Virus record (IMG/VR): IMGVR_UViG_3300021964_007473
Coordinates: 1 to 58,919 of that record
DNA length: 58,919 nucleotides
DNA from: a virus
Taxonomy: Duplodnaviria > Caudoviricetes
Strand: one strand, 5' to 3'
Below, one piece after another: positions 28,074-37,384 of the stretch. Position numbers and translations under genes: made by a program. How positions within the stretch are numbered: position 1 is the first letter of the stretch; every line of letters starts with the position of its first letter. The notes under the pieces are model-generated. The model saw nothing but the letters and a program-made list of their open reading frames with translations. It did no database searches and had not been told where the DNA came from.

Positions 28074-28382
28074 ATGGCAGTAACTATTGACCCCCGACCG
28101 ACCGTTTTTGGCGACCGATTCATTGTGACCGGCTCGTATGATGCCGCTGACGCAACCATTGACCTCAGCGCATTTCTCAGCAGCATTGACTTTGCAGGAG
28201 CAAACTCAAGCGGTGCTTCCGCTGCGGTGCCTATCACAGACACGGGTGCGACACCACCGTCGCAAGACGTGTACTTCCAACCAATCGTTCGGATTGATGG
28301 AACTTCATTGCGGATTGCGGCAGGGCTTGCCGACCAAGCGGCTGAAGCGGGTACTTTCTTCGCCATCGGTCGCCGCGCTTGA
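28074..28382 (+). CDS. Putative virion structural protein
   Basis: GGAGTGA SD and small beta-rich composition within the head module. Confidence 0.6.
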   Translation: MAVTIDPRPTVFGDRFIVTGSYDAADATIDLSAFLSSIDFAGANSSGASAAVPITDTGATPPSQDVYFQPIVRIDGTSLRIAAGLADQAAEAGTFFAIGRRA

Positions 28383-28393
28383 GGTGATTCCTC

Positions 28394-28570
28394 TTGGCGG
28401 ACGGAGCCGTAGTGATTGGTCCTTATTCCCCTAAGGACTTCAGCGACCTTTCGACGCTGAATAGTGCCATTGCTGCTGCCGTGACCGCAGCGATTGCTAC
28501 GAATGAACTGCTCAGCGCAGAACCAATCACCGTGCTTGGGAACATCTATATCGTCGTCTCCCACACTTGA
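28394..28570 (+). CDS. 58-aa protein absent from the ORF track (MADGAVVIGPYSPKDF...IYIVVSHT)
   Basis: TTG start after GAGGTGA. It fills the gap exactly up to the next SD. Confidence 0.65.
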   Translation: MADGAVVIGPYSPKDFSDLSTLNSAIAAAVTAAIATNELLSAEPITVLGNIYIVVSHT

Positions 28571-28581
28571 GGTGAGGGACG

Positions 28582-28875
28582 ATGGGGTTTGATGCACGTT
28601 CAATCGAACTTGAAGACCTCGTTCGCGCAGGCAAGCAGGGCGTCAAGTACGACCTTGAGAACGCGGTCGTCACCAACACCGACCGGCCTCTCGCGGGCGT
28701 TACGGCGGCTCAGCGCAACCGAAATGCAAATATCGGTGATGTGCTGAACATCGGTTCAGGTACGCGGTGCGTGCATTGCGGGTTCCTCCACTTCCTGTGG
28801 CGGGCAACCTGTGGTGCGTGTGAGCGTCCCATGGAGTACAACCTCGGACACCGAGACGAAAAGAACAGGTTGTGA
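28582..28875 (+). CDS. Zinc-ribbon protein
   Basis: CVHC...CGAC. GAGGTGA SD. Confidence 0.75.
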   Translation: MGFDARSIELEDLVRAGKQGVKYDLENAVVTNTDRPLAGVTAAQRNRNANIGDVLNIGSGTRCVHCGFLHFLWRATCGACERPMEYNLGHRDEKNRL

Positions 28876-28880
28876 ATAAA

Positions 28881-29765
28881 ATGACGTATGTACTTGTCAA
28901 AGCAAGTGAAATGACGCCTCAGCGTCAGAAAGTGTACTACAACATTCCGAGTGGACGCCACGCCGGTATGGGGCCACACCCCCTTTCCCGTGTTGCCAAC
29001 AAACTTGCTTACCCTCAGTTGCGTGAGATGGGTTGGACGAACCAAGCCGACCCGAAGTACGGTCCTACCGCTGAGCGTCTTCGTGACCTCATCATGATGC
29101 AGATGCTCGCCAACCCTGAGATGCACGACCTTGAGTTTCAAGGCGAGCCTATGGCAATCAACCCTGAAATGCAAGCAGCAATGCAGGGTATGTCCCTTGA
29201 GGACATTTTCTCTCAAATCCCCGCTCCCGGTGAAGAACATGCAGGATTCATGACCCCGCGTCAGCAGCGAGATGCTGAGCGTGCTAACCTCATGCGCACC
29301 GGTACGAAGCAGGTGCAGACCCTTGCGGGTAAGGCAGGTCAGTCGCAGAAGTTGCAGGCCATGCAGGACCGTGCGCAGGCCAAGAACGCTGAGTCGTTTG
29401 GCTTCCCCATGCCTGAAGAAGCGCAGGGGTTGTTTGACGAAGAAGGCAAGTTGAATACGTCAATGCCTGCACCTGACATGTCGGCATCGGCTCGCGCTGC
29501 TTCTGAGGCTGCTCCTGAGGCTGCTCCTGAGGCTGCTCCTGAGGCTCCCGCTGCTGACCCGGTGAAGGAGATGCTTTCCACGCTCAGCGCAGACCAACTG
29601 CGACAACTCTTGGCTGCAAGCGGCCTTTCGATGCCTCAGTCTGCCGCCCCTCAGTTGCGCGACCCCGGTGAGGGTGGTAGCGAAGACATGTTTGGCAAGG
29701 CTTCTCGACAGTTCCGCGCTCACCGTGCGGCGTTTGGTGACGCTTGGAGCCTGATGAAATACTGA
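28881..29765 (+). CDS. Tagged protein (N-terminal VLVKA, C-terminal AFGDAWSLMK)
   Basis: Met/Gln/Ala-rich, with an EAAP repeat and a degenerate tag at the C-terminus. Confidence 0.7.
   Translation: MTYVLVKASEMTPQRQKVYYNIPSGRHAGMGPHPLSRVANKLAYPQLREMGWTNQADPKYGPTAERLRDLIMMQMLANPEMHDLEFQGEPMAINPEMQAAMQGMSLEDIFSQIPAPGEEHAGFMTPRQQRDAERANLMRTGTKQVQTLAGKAGQSQKLQAMQDRAQAKNAESFGFPMPEEAQGLFDEEGKLNTSMPAPDMSASARAASEAAPEAAPEAAPEAPAADPVKEMLSTLSADQLRQLLAASGLSMPQSAAPQLRDPGEGGSEDMFGKASRQFRAHRAAFGDAWSLMKY
29505..29546 (+). repeat. 12-bp coding tandem repeat GAGGCTGCTCCT x3.5 (EAAP)
   Basis: Read directly from the sequence. Confidence 0.9.
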
Positions 29766-29778
29766 GGTGAGTGATTGA

Positions 29779-31365
29779 ATGCCCGTCGTCTTCAGTCCCG
29801 GTGAGCCGGAAACCCGGCCCTTGGACCCGTCGGCAATCGTGTACACCACCGCACAGAAGGTCGCTGACCTGCTCGACATTGGACCCGCAGACGCGGTGCT
29901 GATGAGTGCTGATGCGGACGCAGATGCCGTGTACATCACGGGCAACGAGTTCCGCAGCCACGGCTTTGAGGTCGGTGACCTTGTTCGGGTGTATAGCGAT
30001 GCAGACCCGTTTGGTCACGAAGACTTGGAGATTCAATCCATCGCTGCAAGTACCGCAGGGGACTCAGCAGGGAAGGGACACGTCAAAATCACCTTCACGA
30101 CCTCTCCGTTGACGGCTGCTGACTACCAAGTGGCTGACGACGGCTACATTCAGAACCAAGCCTCGTTCACCAACGGCAAGACCCGTGGTGTGACGAAAGC
30201 CAAGGTTGAGCATGTGATTCAGCGCATGCAAGACCGGATTGACAACATCACGCACAACGCTTGGCGACCCTACCTCGTCACGGCGGAGTACATCAACTTC
30301 GACACGTACAAGCCCTACCGTCGCCGCTACTACACCGATTACGTAGGTACTGCCCCGCTCATGTTCCGCAACGTACAACAAGTGTTGCGGATTGAGTTGT
30401 GGCAAGGAGACGATTACCGTGAAATCGGAGCAGCCGAAGCCCGCATCAAATTGGCAGATGTTTCGGGCTTGGGTGGAGAGAGTCTGTACGTTAGTAGTGG
30501 TAACGGTAGTGTTGGTGTTCTTTCTGTTGGTAGCGGCAGTACTGATTGGCGTGGAGACTTTGACGCAACCACGGCGGCTCAAAACCTTGCTGACCTCATC
30601 AACAAAGAAGACCGGGTGAACAAGGCAGCGGTGACGTTCAGCCCTGCGTTCACGCTTGAAGGCTCCACCTCCAACGTCGCCGTACACAACGAGTTCCTTG
30701 CGAGCGCGAACGCTGACCTTGGTACGGGAGTCGTCAAAATCACAAGCATGCGCCCCGTCAAGAGCGGTGAAACGTGCAGCATCGTGTCCACCACGGATGA
30801 CATTGTGATTGAGCAGGTGGCAGAACACACGGCTACGGTGGCTTCAGCCGTGTCGGGGACTATCACGGTGGATTCGACTGAAGGATTCGTGAATGCCGGT
30901 GTCGCCATCAACGGAGCCATCGTCTTCCGCTACACGGGCAAGACGGCAACCACGTTCACGGGCTGCGCTGACGTGGCCGGTGACCATACCGCCGTGACGG
31001 GTACCATCTCGCAGAAGACCTTCCAAGTGGACCTGCAAGGCGGCAGCAGCAGCGGCGACGTAGGCCGTCTGCGCGATTGGTGGCTTGACCCGGAGCAGGG
31101 CATCATTTACTTCAACAACTCCTATCCGTTCTTTGAATGGAACGCAATTAAGGTCGCCTACATCTATGGCGAGCGGTACATCGAGAAGGCCATTGAGGAC
31201 ATTTGCACGAAGATGGTCGCCATCGAGTTGCTGATGGCTGACGACCGCAGCGTGCTGATTCCTGAAGGTACGCAGAACATTGACCTTGCAAGCAAGGTGC
31301 AACTGTATCAGGCTGAAATTGACCGAACCTTGCCCCGCTACGTTGAGTTGGTGGTGTTTGAGTGA
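29779..31365 (+). CDS. Head-tail adaptor/connector-like protein with large insertions
   Basis: N-terminal YTTAQKVADLL and C-terminal IKVAYIYG...AIEDICTKMVAIELL resemble SPP1 gp15/HK97 gp6-type adaptors. Position fits. Confidence 0.65.
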   Translation: MPVVFSPGEPETRPLDPSAIVYTTAQKVADLLDIGPADAVLMSADADADAVYITGNEFRSHGFEVGDLVRVYSDADPFGHEDLEIQSIAASTAGDSAGKGHVKITFTTSPLTAADYQVADDGYIQNQASFTNGKTRGVTKAKVEHVIQRMQDRIDNITHNAWRPYLVTAEYINFDTYKPYRRRYYTDYVGTAPLMFRNVQQVLRIELWQGDDYREIGAAEARIKLADVSGLGGESLYVSSGNGSVGVLSVGSGSTDWRGDFDATTAAQNLADLINKEDRVNKAAVTFSPAFTLEGSTSNVAVHNEFLASANADLGTGVVKITSMRPVKSGETCSIVSTTDDIVIEQVAEHTATVASAVSGTITVDSTEGFVNAGVAINGAIVFRYTGKTATTFTGCADVAGDHTAVTGTISQKTFQVDLQGGSSSGDVGRLRDWWLDPEQGIIYFNNSYPFFEWNAIKVAYIYGERYIEKAIEDICTKMVAIELLMADDRSVLIPEGTQNIDLASKVQLYQAEIDRTLPRYVELVVFE

Positions 31366-31730
31366 GGGAGTTCACGAAGCAAGGCATGGCTCTTGTTGAT
31401 GGGCTTACCGAGATGTACATGAAAGACAAGAAGTTGCAGGCCGACCTGCGCGAATACTTCACGCAAGAGCCGACGAGCATGCGTGAAATGTTCCTTCGCA
31501 TCGAAGCAGGTGCGGCTGACTGTGAGTTCATTGAAGGTGAAATCATTAACGATGTGGGTGAGCCTGCGGACGAGATGATTGTTGGGGCCATAAACGACGC
31601 GGTGGACCGGCAAATGCTTGCAGCCAACCCTCAGATTCGTGAGCAGCAATTGCAGTACAAGGATGGGTTTTTCGTACCCCTTGACTACCGTGACCTGAAG
31701 GAGATGAAGCGTACGGAGGGGATTCGGTAA
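31362..31730 (+). CDS. Hypothetical protein (neck region)
   Basis: Coupled acidic ORF between the adaptor and the terminator-like gene. Confidence 0.6.
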   Translation: MREFTKQGMALVDGLTEMYMKDKKLQADLREYFTQEPTSMREMFLRIEAGAADCEFIEGEIINDVGEPADEMIVGAINDAVDRQMLAANPQIREQQLQYKDGFFVPLDYRDLKEMKRTEGIR

Positions 31731-32179
31731 TGGTTGCAACGTGGGATGAAGGACTCGATGTGATGGTCGAGTTGTTTCAAAACGATTGGAACCGTGCCAA
31801 CACGGGCAACTACCGTCCTGTTGTGATTGACATTACGACCACCGAGCCGGAGCATGGCAAGCGTCTTGACTTGCAGAAGCACGACTTCATCCTCCTGTAC
31901 GAAACGGCGCACAACGAAGAGGCTCCTGAGTTGTTTTACGATTTCGTGACGACGCGACTCAACATCACCGTTGATGCCCGAACGGTTAAAGGACGGAAGC
32001 ACTTGCAAAAACTTGAGAACGAGATACGACGGCTCGTCCATTCAAAGCGCAAGGGGGATGGTATCAACTTCGACCGTATGGTGTTCAAGACGCGCACCGA
32101 CTTGTCAGACCGCAGCAAACACATGCACCGGATGACATTTCAGATTGAAGTTGTAACACTTGCAGAACTGATTCCTTGA
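31730..32179 (+). CDS. Putative tail terminator/completion protein
   Basis: ~150 aa, directly upstream of the tail tube, ending in the beta strand HRMTFQIEV. Confidence 0.55.
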   Translation: MVATWDEGLDVMVELFQNDWNRANTGNYRPVVIDITTTEPEHGKRLDLQKHDFILLYETAHNEEAPELFYDFVTTRLNITVDARTVKGRKHLQKLENEIRRLVHSKRKGDGINFDRMVFKTRTDLSDRSKHMHRMTFQIEVVTLAELIP

Positions 32180-32188
32180 GGTGAGAAG

Positions 32189-34045
32189 ATGCCGGGTACT
32201 GTGTACAAGGGTGATTTGGCGGAGGTTTCCTTCGCAACAGAAACGGGTTTTACACTCATAGATGGAACGGATGCGGATTTTAGCGCATCGGCAAGTGCCA
32301 CGACCTTCACCTTCACGTCCGGTGCTGCGCCGTTTTTTAGCGGAGTCAACCTGCTCTTCCCAAAGGACATTCTTGTTGGCTCTCAGTTTGTGCTGACCGG
32401 AGCAGGTACCGGAGACAACGCAAGCGAGGGCCGTGTGTTCACCATCACCGGGAACGATGGTAATACGTTGACGTTTTCACCTGCTCTTTTGGCCGGTACC
32501 GGTACCTCGCATTCATTGCACGTTCTGCCGTACAAGACGCCGCCTGTGGATGCTCTAAACAATGAGTATGCAGGTGATTCCCCTACGACTCCTTCCGAGA
32601 GTGTCCTCACCGACCAATTCCTCGGTATCGCTACTGCACTCACGCTGCCTGAAACCAAGGTGGACCTCAAGCGGTACCACGTTGTCGGTCTTGGCCGAGA
32701 CACCGCCGTGCAGGTTCCGGGTAAGTTCATCACCGAAGGTGGTTCTTTTGAGGTGGCAATGCACACCGCTCGTTGGCTCAAGTACTGTCTTGGCAATGAA
32801 ATTACGGTGCCTGCTGACATTGTGAGTGGTACGCAAAAAACCACCTTGAGTGCAAACACAAAGGCAGGTGCGTGTTTCATCAGCGTTACAAGTGCAGCGG
32901 ATTTTATAGCAGGAAAATACGTGGGCATTCAGCCCGCATCCGGTACGGTGCCTGTTGTTCTTGACCATGAGCCGACGGACACGTGGACAAACGCGGTCAC
33001 CGACCGTGATTTTGACCAAGCCACGCCGTACGAAGTGCGGCGTATTGTCGCGGTGAGTGGAACCAAAATCTTCCTCGATGAGCCGTTGATTTACGACCAT
33101 GCCAATTCAGACAATGTGTTCTTGTACGACTACCAAGACGGAGAAGCACCAACCATCAATGCTACGACGTGCGCGATTACGAATCCTGTAACGCATCTGC
33201 TTTTCGCTCGTTCCCACACCCCTTCGTTTAGCCTTGAGGTGTCCCATCGCCGTCTTGACAAGGATGCTGACGGTGTGATTGACGGTAGCGCGACCGACGC
33301 CAAAACGCTGACCCGGGTGTTCCGTGGCTGCAAGGTGACGGACTTCACCCTCTCCACCGACAACGATGCTGCCCTGCGCCTTGCGGTCAATTTCAATTCG
33401 GCCCTGTGCTATACGGATGCGGGTCGCTTGGAAGACCCCGGTACGACTTCGGACCGGTACGACCCACACCGCCTGTTTGACGACACGGCCAACACCCATG
33501 ATGAACGCCTCAAATCGGGCATCGGTTTGGGTACGCAGAAGCCCTTCATGTTCTATGACGGTAGCATCAACATTGCCGGTGTACAAGCAGGGAAGGTGCT
33601 GAACTTCACCCTGAGCGGGCAGACCGGTATGCAGGCTTTCCACACCATCAACGGCTCGACGCAGAACTCAGATACGGCTGAAGGTGCCGTGCCCTTCGGT
33701 GGTAGCCGCAACACCGCCCTGATGGTTGAAGGGAAGACCTCCTACGAGTTGTCGCTTGAAGTCATGGTGGACGACCCGTTGTTCTTCAACAAGATGCGCT
33801 CGGCCACCGAGTTCAGCGTTCACAAAACCGGTGCCACAAACGGGCAAATCGTGATTGAGTTTGAGAAGCCGCTCGGTAACACGGATGCTGCGAATAGCGA
33901 GCGCATGGTCATTCTCATTGACGAGTACTACATCGTTGAGGCACCCCTCCAAATCCCCGAAGACAAGGGCGTTGTCAAGAGCCAACTCAAGGTCATGCCC
34001 AAGTCCATGCGCGTTCTGTCGCGTGACACCCTGCTGAAGTACTGA
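32189..34045 (+). CDS. Major tail tube protein with inserted domains
   Basis: AEVSFATETGF start, RVFRGCKVTDFTLS and PFMFYDGSINI resemble siphovirus tube proteins. Lies upstream of the chaperones and TMP. No sheath gene seen. Confidence 0.7.
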   Translation: MPGTVYKGDLAEVSFATETGFTLIDGTDADFSASASATTFTFTSGAAPFFSGVNLLFPKDILVGSQFVLTGAGTGDNASEGRVFTITGNDGNTLTFSPALLAGTGTSHSLHVLPYKTPPVDALNNEYAGDSPTTPSESVLTDQFLGIATALTLPETKVDLKRYHVVGLGRDTAVQVPGKFITEGGSFEVAMHTARWLKYCLGNEITVPADIVSGTQKTTLSANTKAGACFISVTSAADFIAGKYVGIQPASGTVPVVLDHEPTDTWTNAVTDRDFDQATPYEVRRIVAVSGTKIFLDEPLIYDHANSDNVFLYDYQDGEAPTINATTCAITNPVTHLLFARSHTPSFSLEVSHRRLDKDADGVIDGSATDAKTLTRVFRGCKVTDFTLSTDNDAALRLAVNFNSALCYTDAGRLEDPGTTSDRYDPHRLFDDTANTHDERLKSGIGLGTQKPFMFYDGSINIAGVQAGKVLNFTLSGQTGMQAFHTINGSTQNSDTAEGAVPFGGSRNTALMVEGKTSYELSLEVMVDDPLFFNKMRSATEFSVHKTGATNGQIVIEFEKPLGNTDAANSERMVILIDEYYIVEAPLQIPEDKGVVKSQLKVMPKSMRVLSRDTLLKY

Positions 34046-34054
34046 GGTGAGAGA

Positions 34055-34570
34055 ATGATTATATCCACCGCTATGTGCCGACGGCTTGGGCTTGAGCAGT
34101 ACGCTCTTTGGGTGTGTGAGCAGAATGGCGTCGAGCATGCAGCGGAATGCCCTGTCTCAAGCCACTCGGCCATCATTGCTTGGGTACGAGAGCGTCTTGC
34201 CGTACCGGAAGAGCCGGTGGTCGAAGAGGTTGAAGTGGTGGAACAACCTGCTGAAGAGGTCGTGACCGAAGAGGTCACTCCATTCCCCTCCACATTGGCG
34301 TACGACGCCATGACCGTTGCTGAACTGCGTGAGTTGTGCAAGGAGCGCGGCTTGCCGGTGTACGGTACCAAGGCCGAGATTGTGCTGCGCCTGCGTCAGC
34401 ACGACAACGGCATCGAAGTCGAAGAAGATGAGACGGAAGGCCCCGCTGAAGAAGCGGCCCCTGAAGTCGAGTCGGATGCCCCCGCCGAAGAAGAGGCGGC
34501 TGCACCCATTGGAGATGAATTGAATGACACAAGTAGTGACGGACAAGAGCCTGTTGTTGAAGACGAATGA
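34055..34570 (+). CDS. SAP-domain protein with acidic linkers
   Basis: YDAMTVAELRELCKERGLPVYGTKAEIVLRL is a canonical SAP motif. Confidence 0.88.
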   Translation: MIISTAMCRRLGLEQYALWVCEQNGVEHAAECPVSSHSAIIAWVRERLAVPEEPVVEEVEVVEQPAEEVVTEEVTPFPSTLAYDAMTVAELRELCKERGLPVYGTKAEIVLRLRQHDNGIEVEEDETEGPAEEAAPEVESDAPAEEEAAAPIGDELNDTSSDGQEPVVEDE

Positions 34571-34892
34571 TGAAACGATGCACGTCGTACCCGTGAATCC
34601 CGATGACCCTTCGCAGGTCATCGAGGTTTGGGTGCGCGACATTTCGTTCCTCGACATTCAGGACGCCGCGCAAAAAATGGTCTTCGTTCAAAACGGTGAA
34701 ATCTCCCTCTCGCTCAAGGCGTATTGGGAGCATGCCTTCTCCAATTGGATTGTGCGCACCAACCCCGCCCTGACGGGTGCTGAACTCCTGTCCCTGAAGG
34801 GACCTATCGGTGAAGCCGTGTCGCGTGTGCTTCCGCAGCCAAACGAGATTGCGGAGGCCATGCAAGGGGGGTTTATGACGCCGAGCGAGTGA
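34524..34892 (+). CDS. Tail assembly chaperone (gpG-like)
   Basis: Size and position between the tube and tape measure. Ends with GGGGGGTTT. Confidence 0.6.
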   Translation: MTQVVTDKSLLLKTNDETMHVVPVNPDDPSQVIEVWVRDISFLDIQDAAQKMVFVQNGEISLSLKAYWEHAFSNWIVRTNPALTGAELLSLKGPIGEAVSRVLPQPNEIAEAMQGGFMTPSE

Positions 34893-35164
34893 GGGTCGAA
34901 CGCTTCCTCAAGAAGACAACGTACGATAGCGGAGAGGATTTAGCGACACAGATTGAACTGTGGGCCTACATCATCTCGCAGCACTACGGTATGTCCCTTG
35001 CAGAAGTGTACGCCCTCAGTCCTCGGCTCTTCAAGCAGTCCCTCGTTTGGGCAATGGTGGCGACCGAAGAGAAGACAAAGGAGAGCGAACGTAGGAGACA
35101 ACAGGCGAAGGGCGGCGACCGCGAAACCGTAAGCCTCGATTACTCGTTCTTGGATTGGGAGTGA
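34889..35164 (+). CDS. Tail assembly chaperone second ORF (gpT-like, -1 frame)
   Basis: In the -1 frame relative to 34524. YGMSLAEVYALSP resembles gpT-type motifs. Confidence 0.55.
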   Translation: MRVERFLKKTTYDSGEDLATQIELWAYIISQHYGMSLAEVYALSPRLFKQSLVWAMVATEEKTKESERRRQQAKGGDRETVSLDYSFLDWE

Positions 35165-35168
35165 AGAT

Positions 35169-36227
35169 ATGTCGCTGCTCTCAACCATGGCGTCCTTGTC
35201 GAACCTCGTACAAGGTATCGCTCCTGCGTTTGAGGATATCGGCAAGACTGCAATTAGAGCGTTTGAATCCATCAAGACGTTCGTGAACGACAACGTGGTG
35301 ACCCCCATCTTGGAGAAGTGGGAGAACCTCAAACTTTGGTGGGACGAGTTCAAGGAAAACGTGATGGCTCGTTGGCAGGAAATTAAGGATGGTGTGATGG
35401 AAAAAGTCAATGGCATCTTCGCCCTGTTCACCGGATTTGAATTACCTACCATTTTCACCAAGGAGTATTGGACAGGACTCTTTGACGGATTCTCAATTGA
35501 TTGGGCGGGCATTTTCGCCCTTGTGATACCTGAGCCGCTGCAACTCGTCTTCGACTTCATTACGGGCAGCGGTGCGTTTGCATCGTTCTCCATCAAGGAC
35601 CGGATTGACCTTGCTATCGGTGCGCTACCTGAGCCACTTAGCACCATCGTCAACCTACTGAGTGGTGTTGCGAACTTTGGCATTACGAAGGTCGGAGACT
35701 TCTTCGACTTCGCTATGAACGTCGGTGGTACTGTCATTGGATGGCTCATGGACTTCATCGCTGACCCAACCGGTACGCTTGCGGCCACGGGTGAATCAAT
35801 CACGAACTTCTTCAGCAACCTTGCTACTCAATTTGGTGACTTGATGAAAGCACCGCTCAACCTCATCATTGAGGGGTGGAATGCAGTTGTTGGTAGTTTG
35901 AACTTCTCAAAGACATTCGACCTCGGCCCATTCGGTGAACAAACGGTGGGCATGGACCTCAGCAGTTGGACGATTCCTGCACTCGCTAAGGGTGGTATTG
36001 TCAACTCTCCTACGCTCGCGCTCATCGGTGAGGCAGGCCCCGAAGCGGTTGTACCGCTTACGGGTGACAACGCTCCGGGTGGCAATCAAACCTACAACAT
36101 CACAGTCAACGCGGGAGGCATCACCGACCGTACCGACAAGCGGCAATTGGCCCGTGAGATTGGCAACATGATTCAGCAGGAGTTGGCCCGCAACCTTGGC
36201 GGCACCACCATGAGGGGGCGGTACTGA
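35169..36227 (+). CDS. Short tape-measure-like protein
   Basis: Trp/Phe-periodic amphipathic helices and C-terminal IPALAKGGIVNSPTLALIGEAGPEAVVPL, typical of TMP ends. Confidence 0.75.
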   Translation: MSLLSTMASLSNLVQGIAPAFEDIGKTAIRAFESIKTFVNDNVVTPILEKWENLKLWWDEFKENVMARWQEIKDGVMEKVNGIFALFTGFELPTIFTKEYWTGLFDGFSIDWAGIFALVIPEPLQLVFDFITGSGAFASFSIKDRIDLAIGALPEPLSTIVNLLSGVANFGITKVGDFFDFAMNVGGTVIGWLMDFIADPTGTLAATGESITNFFSNLATQFGDLMKAPLNLIIEGWNAVVGSLNFSKTFDLGPFGEQTVGMDLSSWTIPALAKGGIVNSPTLALIGEAGPEAVVPLTGDNAPGGNQTYNITVNAGGITDRTDKRQLAREIGNMIQQELARNLGGTTMRGRY

Positions 36228-37375
36228 TGGCGAACGGTACACCGATTCGTCTGATTCAGCGCAACGGCGGCATCATTGAGTTGAACGTCACGACGGTCAC
36301 AATGGACGTGGACCGCAAGTTCAACCCCAAGCCACTTGTGTACTCGGGTTCTCACCGTGTTGCTACCGACTCCAACCTGACCCGCGCCGTCATTCAATTG
36401 GAAGGCTTCATAGCCGATGATGATGCGGTGTTCGTGTCGTCAAGCACGCAAGCGAGTGCTTCAATTGATTTTTCGTACAGGATTGATGGGGTGCGAAAAA
36501 TTGGGGATGAAATTACTGATGATGAAAAGGAGGATATGGTACGGAATCTTGCTACATATTGGAGGCCCGGTACCATTTCCAACATCAGAACACCAAAACT
36601 TGCTCTCGATGATACGAATGTGATTTACTTTGTGGAAGATTCAGCATCAGATGGTTACACCGGCTCAGTTCATTGGGTAAGTCTGTACGATGAGTCAACC
36701 TCAACCGCCAAATCAGCAGCATCTATTGCTCAAGGTATTGCAAATCGAATTGCTGCTATGGGTGCGCCTTACACCACTTCAACAGGCACTTCACCCTACA
36801 CAGGTCAAGCAAACGCCGTAGTGAGCATCACTCGTACTGAAAACGGTAATGACACCAAATACCCGAAGTTCAAAAAAACCAATAGTGGTGCATTTGAGCC
36901 ACTCATTATTACAAAGTACGTTGGCTACCAAGAAGGAGCGGGTACCACAGGGATGAGTGCAGGCGACAAAGTGCAACAACTGTGGGGTGTGCTGAACAAC
37001 TCGCAGGACGGCGGACGGGGGCTTGAGAAAGGAAGCCTACGTCAACGAGATGATGTGACCGGGCGTAGGAATACACGCGGTGGTGGAGATTACATCATTG
37101 GTATTCAGATTCCATTTGAGTCAATGGTCAACGCAGTATCGGGTGAGAAGTATTCTGCCGTCAATCACTTCATGACGACAGGCACATACCATTTGCAAAA
37201 TCCTGAGACAAAAGACGTGGAGAACGCCACCCTCGCAGGTGTTGAGTTCAGCGATGCAAAGAACTCCTACACAGGGATTAAGGGTGGTGTGGACAAGGCT
37301 ACGTTTGTGCGATTGGGCGGCGAACCGTTGTACCAATTCACCATCATCTTCCTACCGGCTGACGTAATCCTGTGA
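36227..37375 (+). CDS. Distal tail/baseplate-like protein with variable central insert
   Basis: Directly follows the TMP. AT-richer centre (~36460-36960). Confidence 0.55.
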   Translation: MANGTPIRLIQRNGGIIELNVTTVTMDVDRKFNPKPLVYSGSHRVATDSNLTRAVIQLEGFIADDDAVFVSSSTQASASIDFSYRIDGVRKIGDEITDDEKEDMVRNLATYWRPGTISNIRTPKLALDDTNVIYFVEDSASDGYTGSVHWVSLYDESTSTAKSAASIAQGIANRIAAMGAPYTTSTGTSPYTGQANAVVSITRTENGNDTKYPKFKKTNSGAFEPLIITKYVGYQEGAGTTGMSAGDKVQQLWGVLNNSQDGGRGLEKGSLRQRDDVTGRRNTRGGGDYIIGIQIPFESMVNAVSGEKYSAVNHFMTTGTYHLQNPETKDVENATLAGVEFSDAKNSYTGIKGGVDKATFVRLGGEPLYQFTIIFLPADVIL

Positions 37376-37384
37376 GGTGAAACC

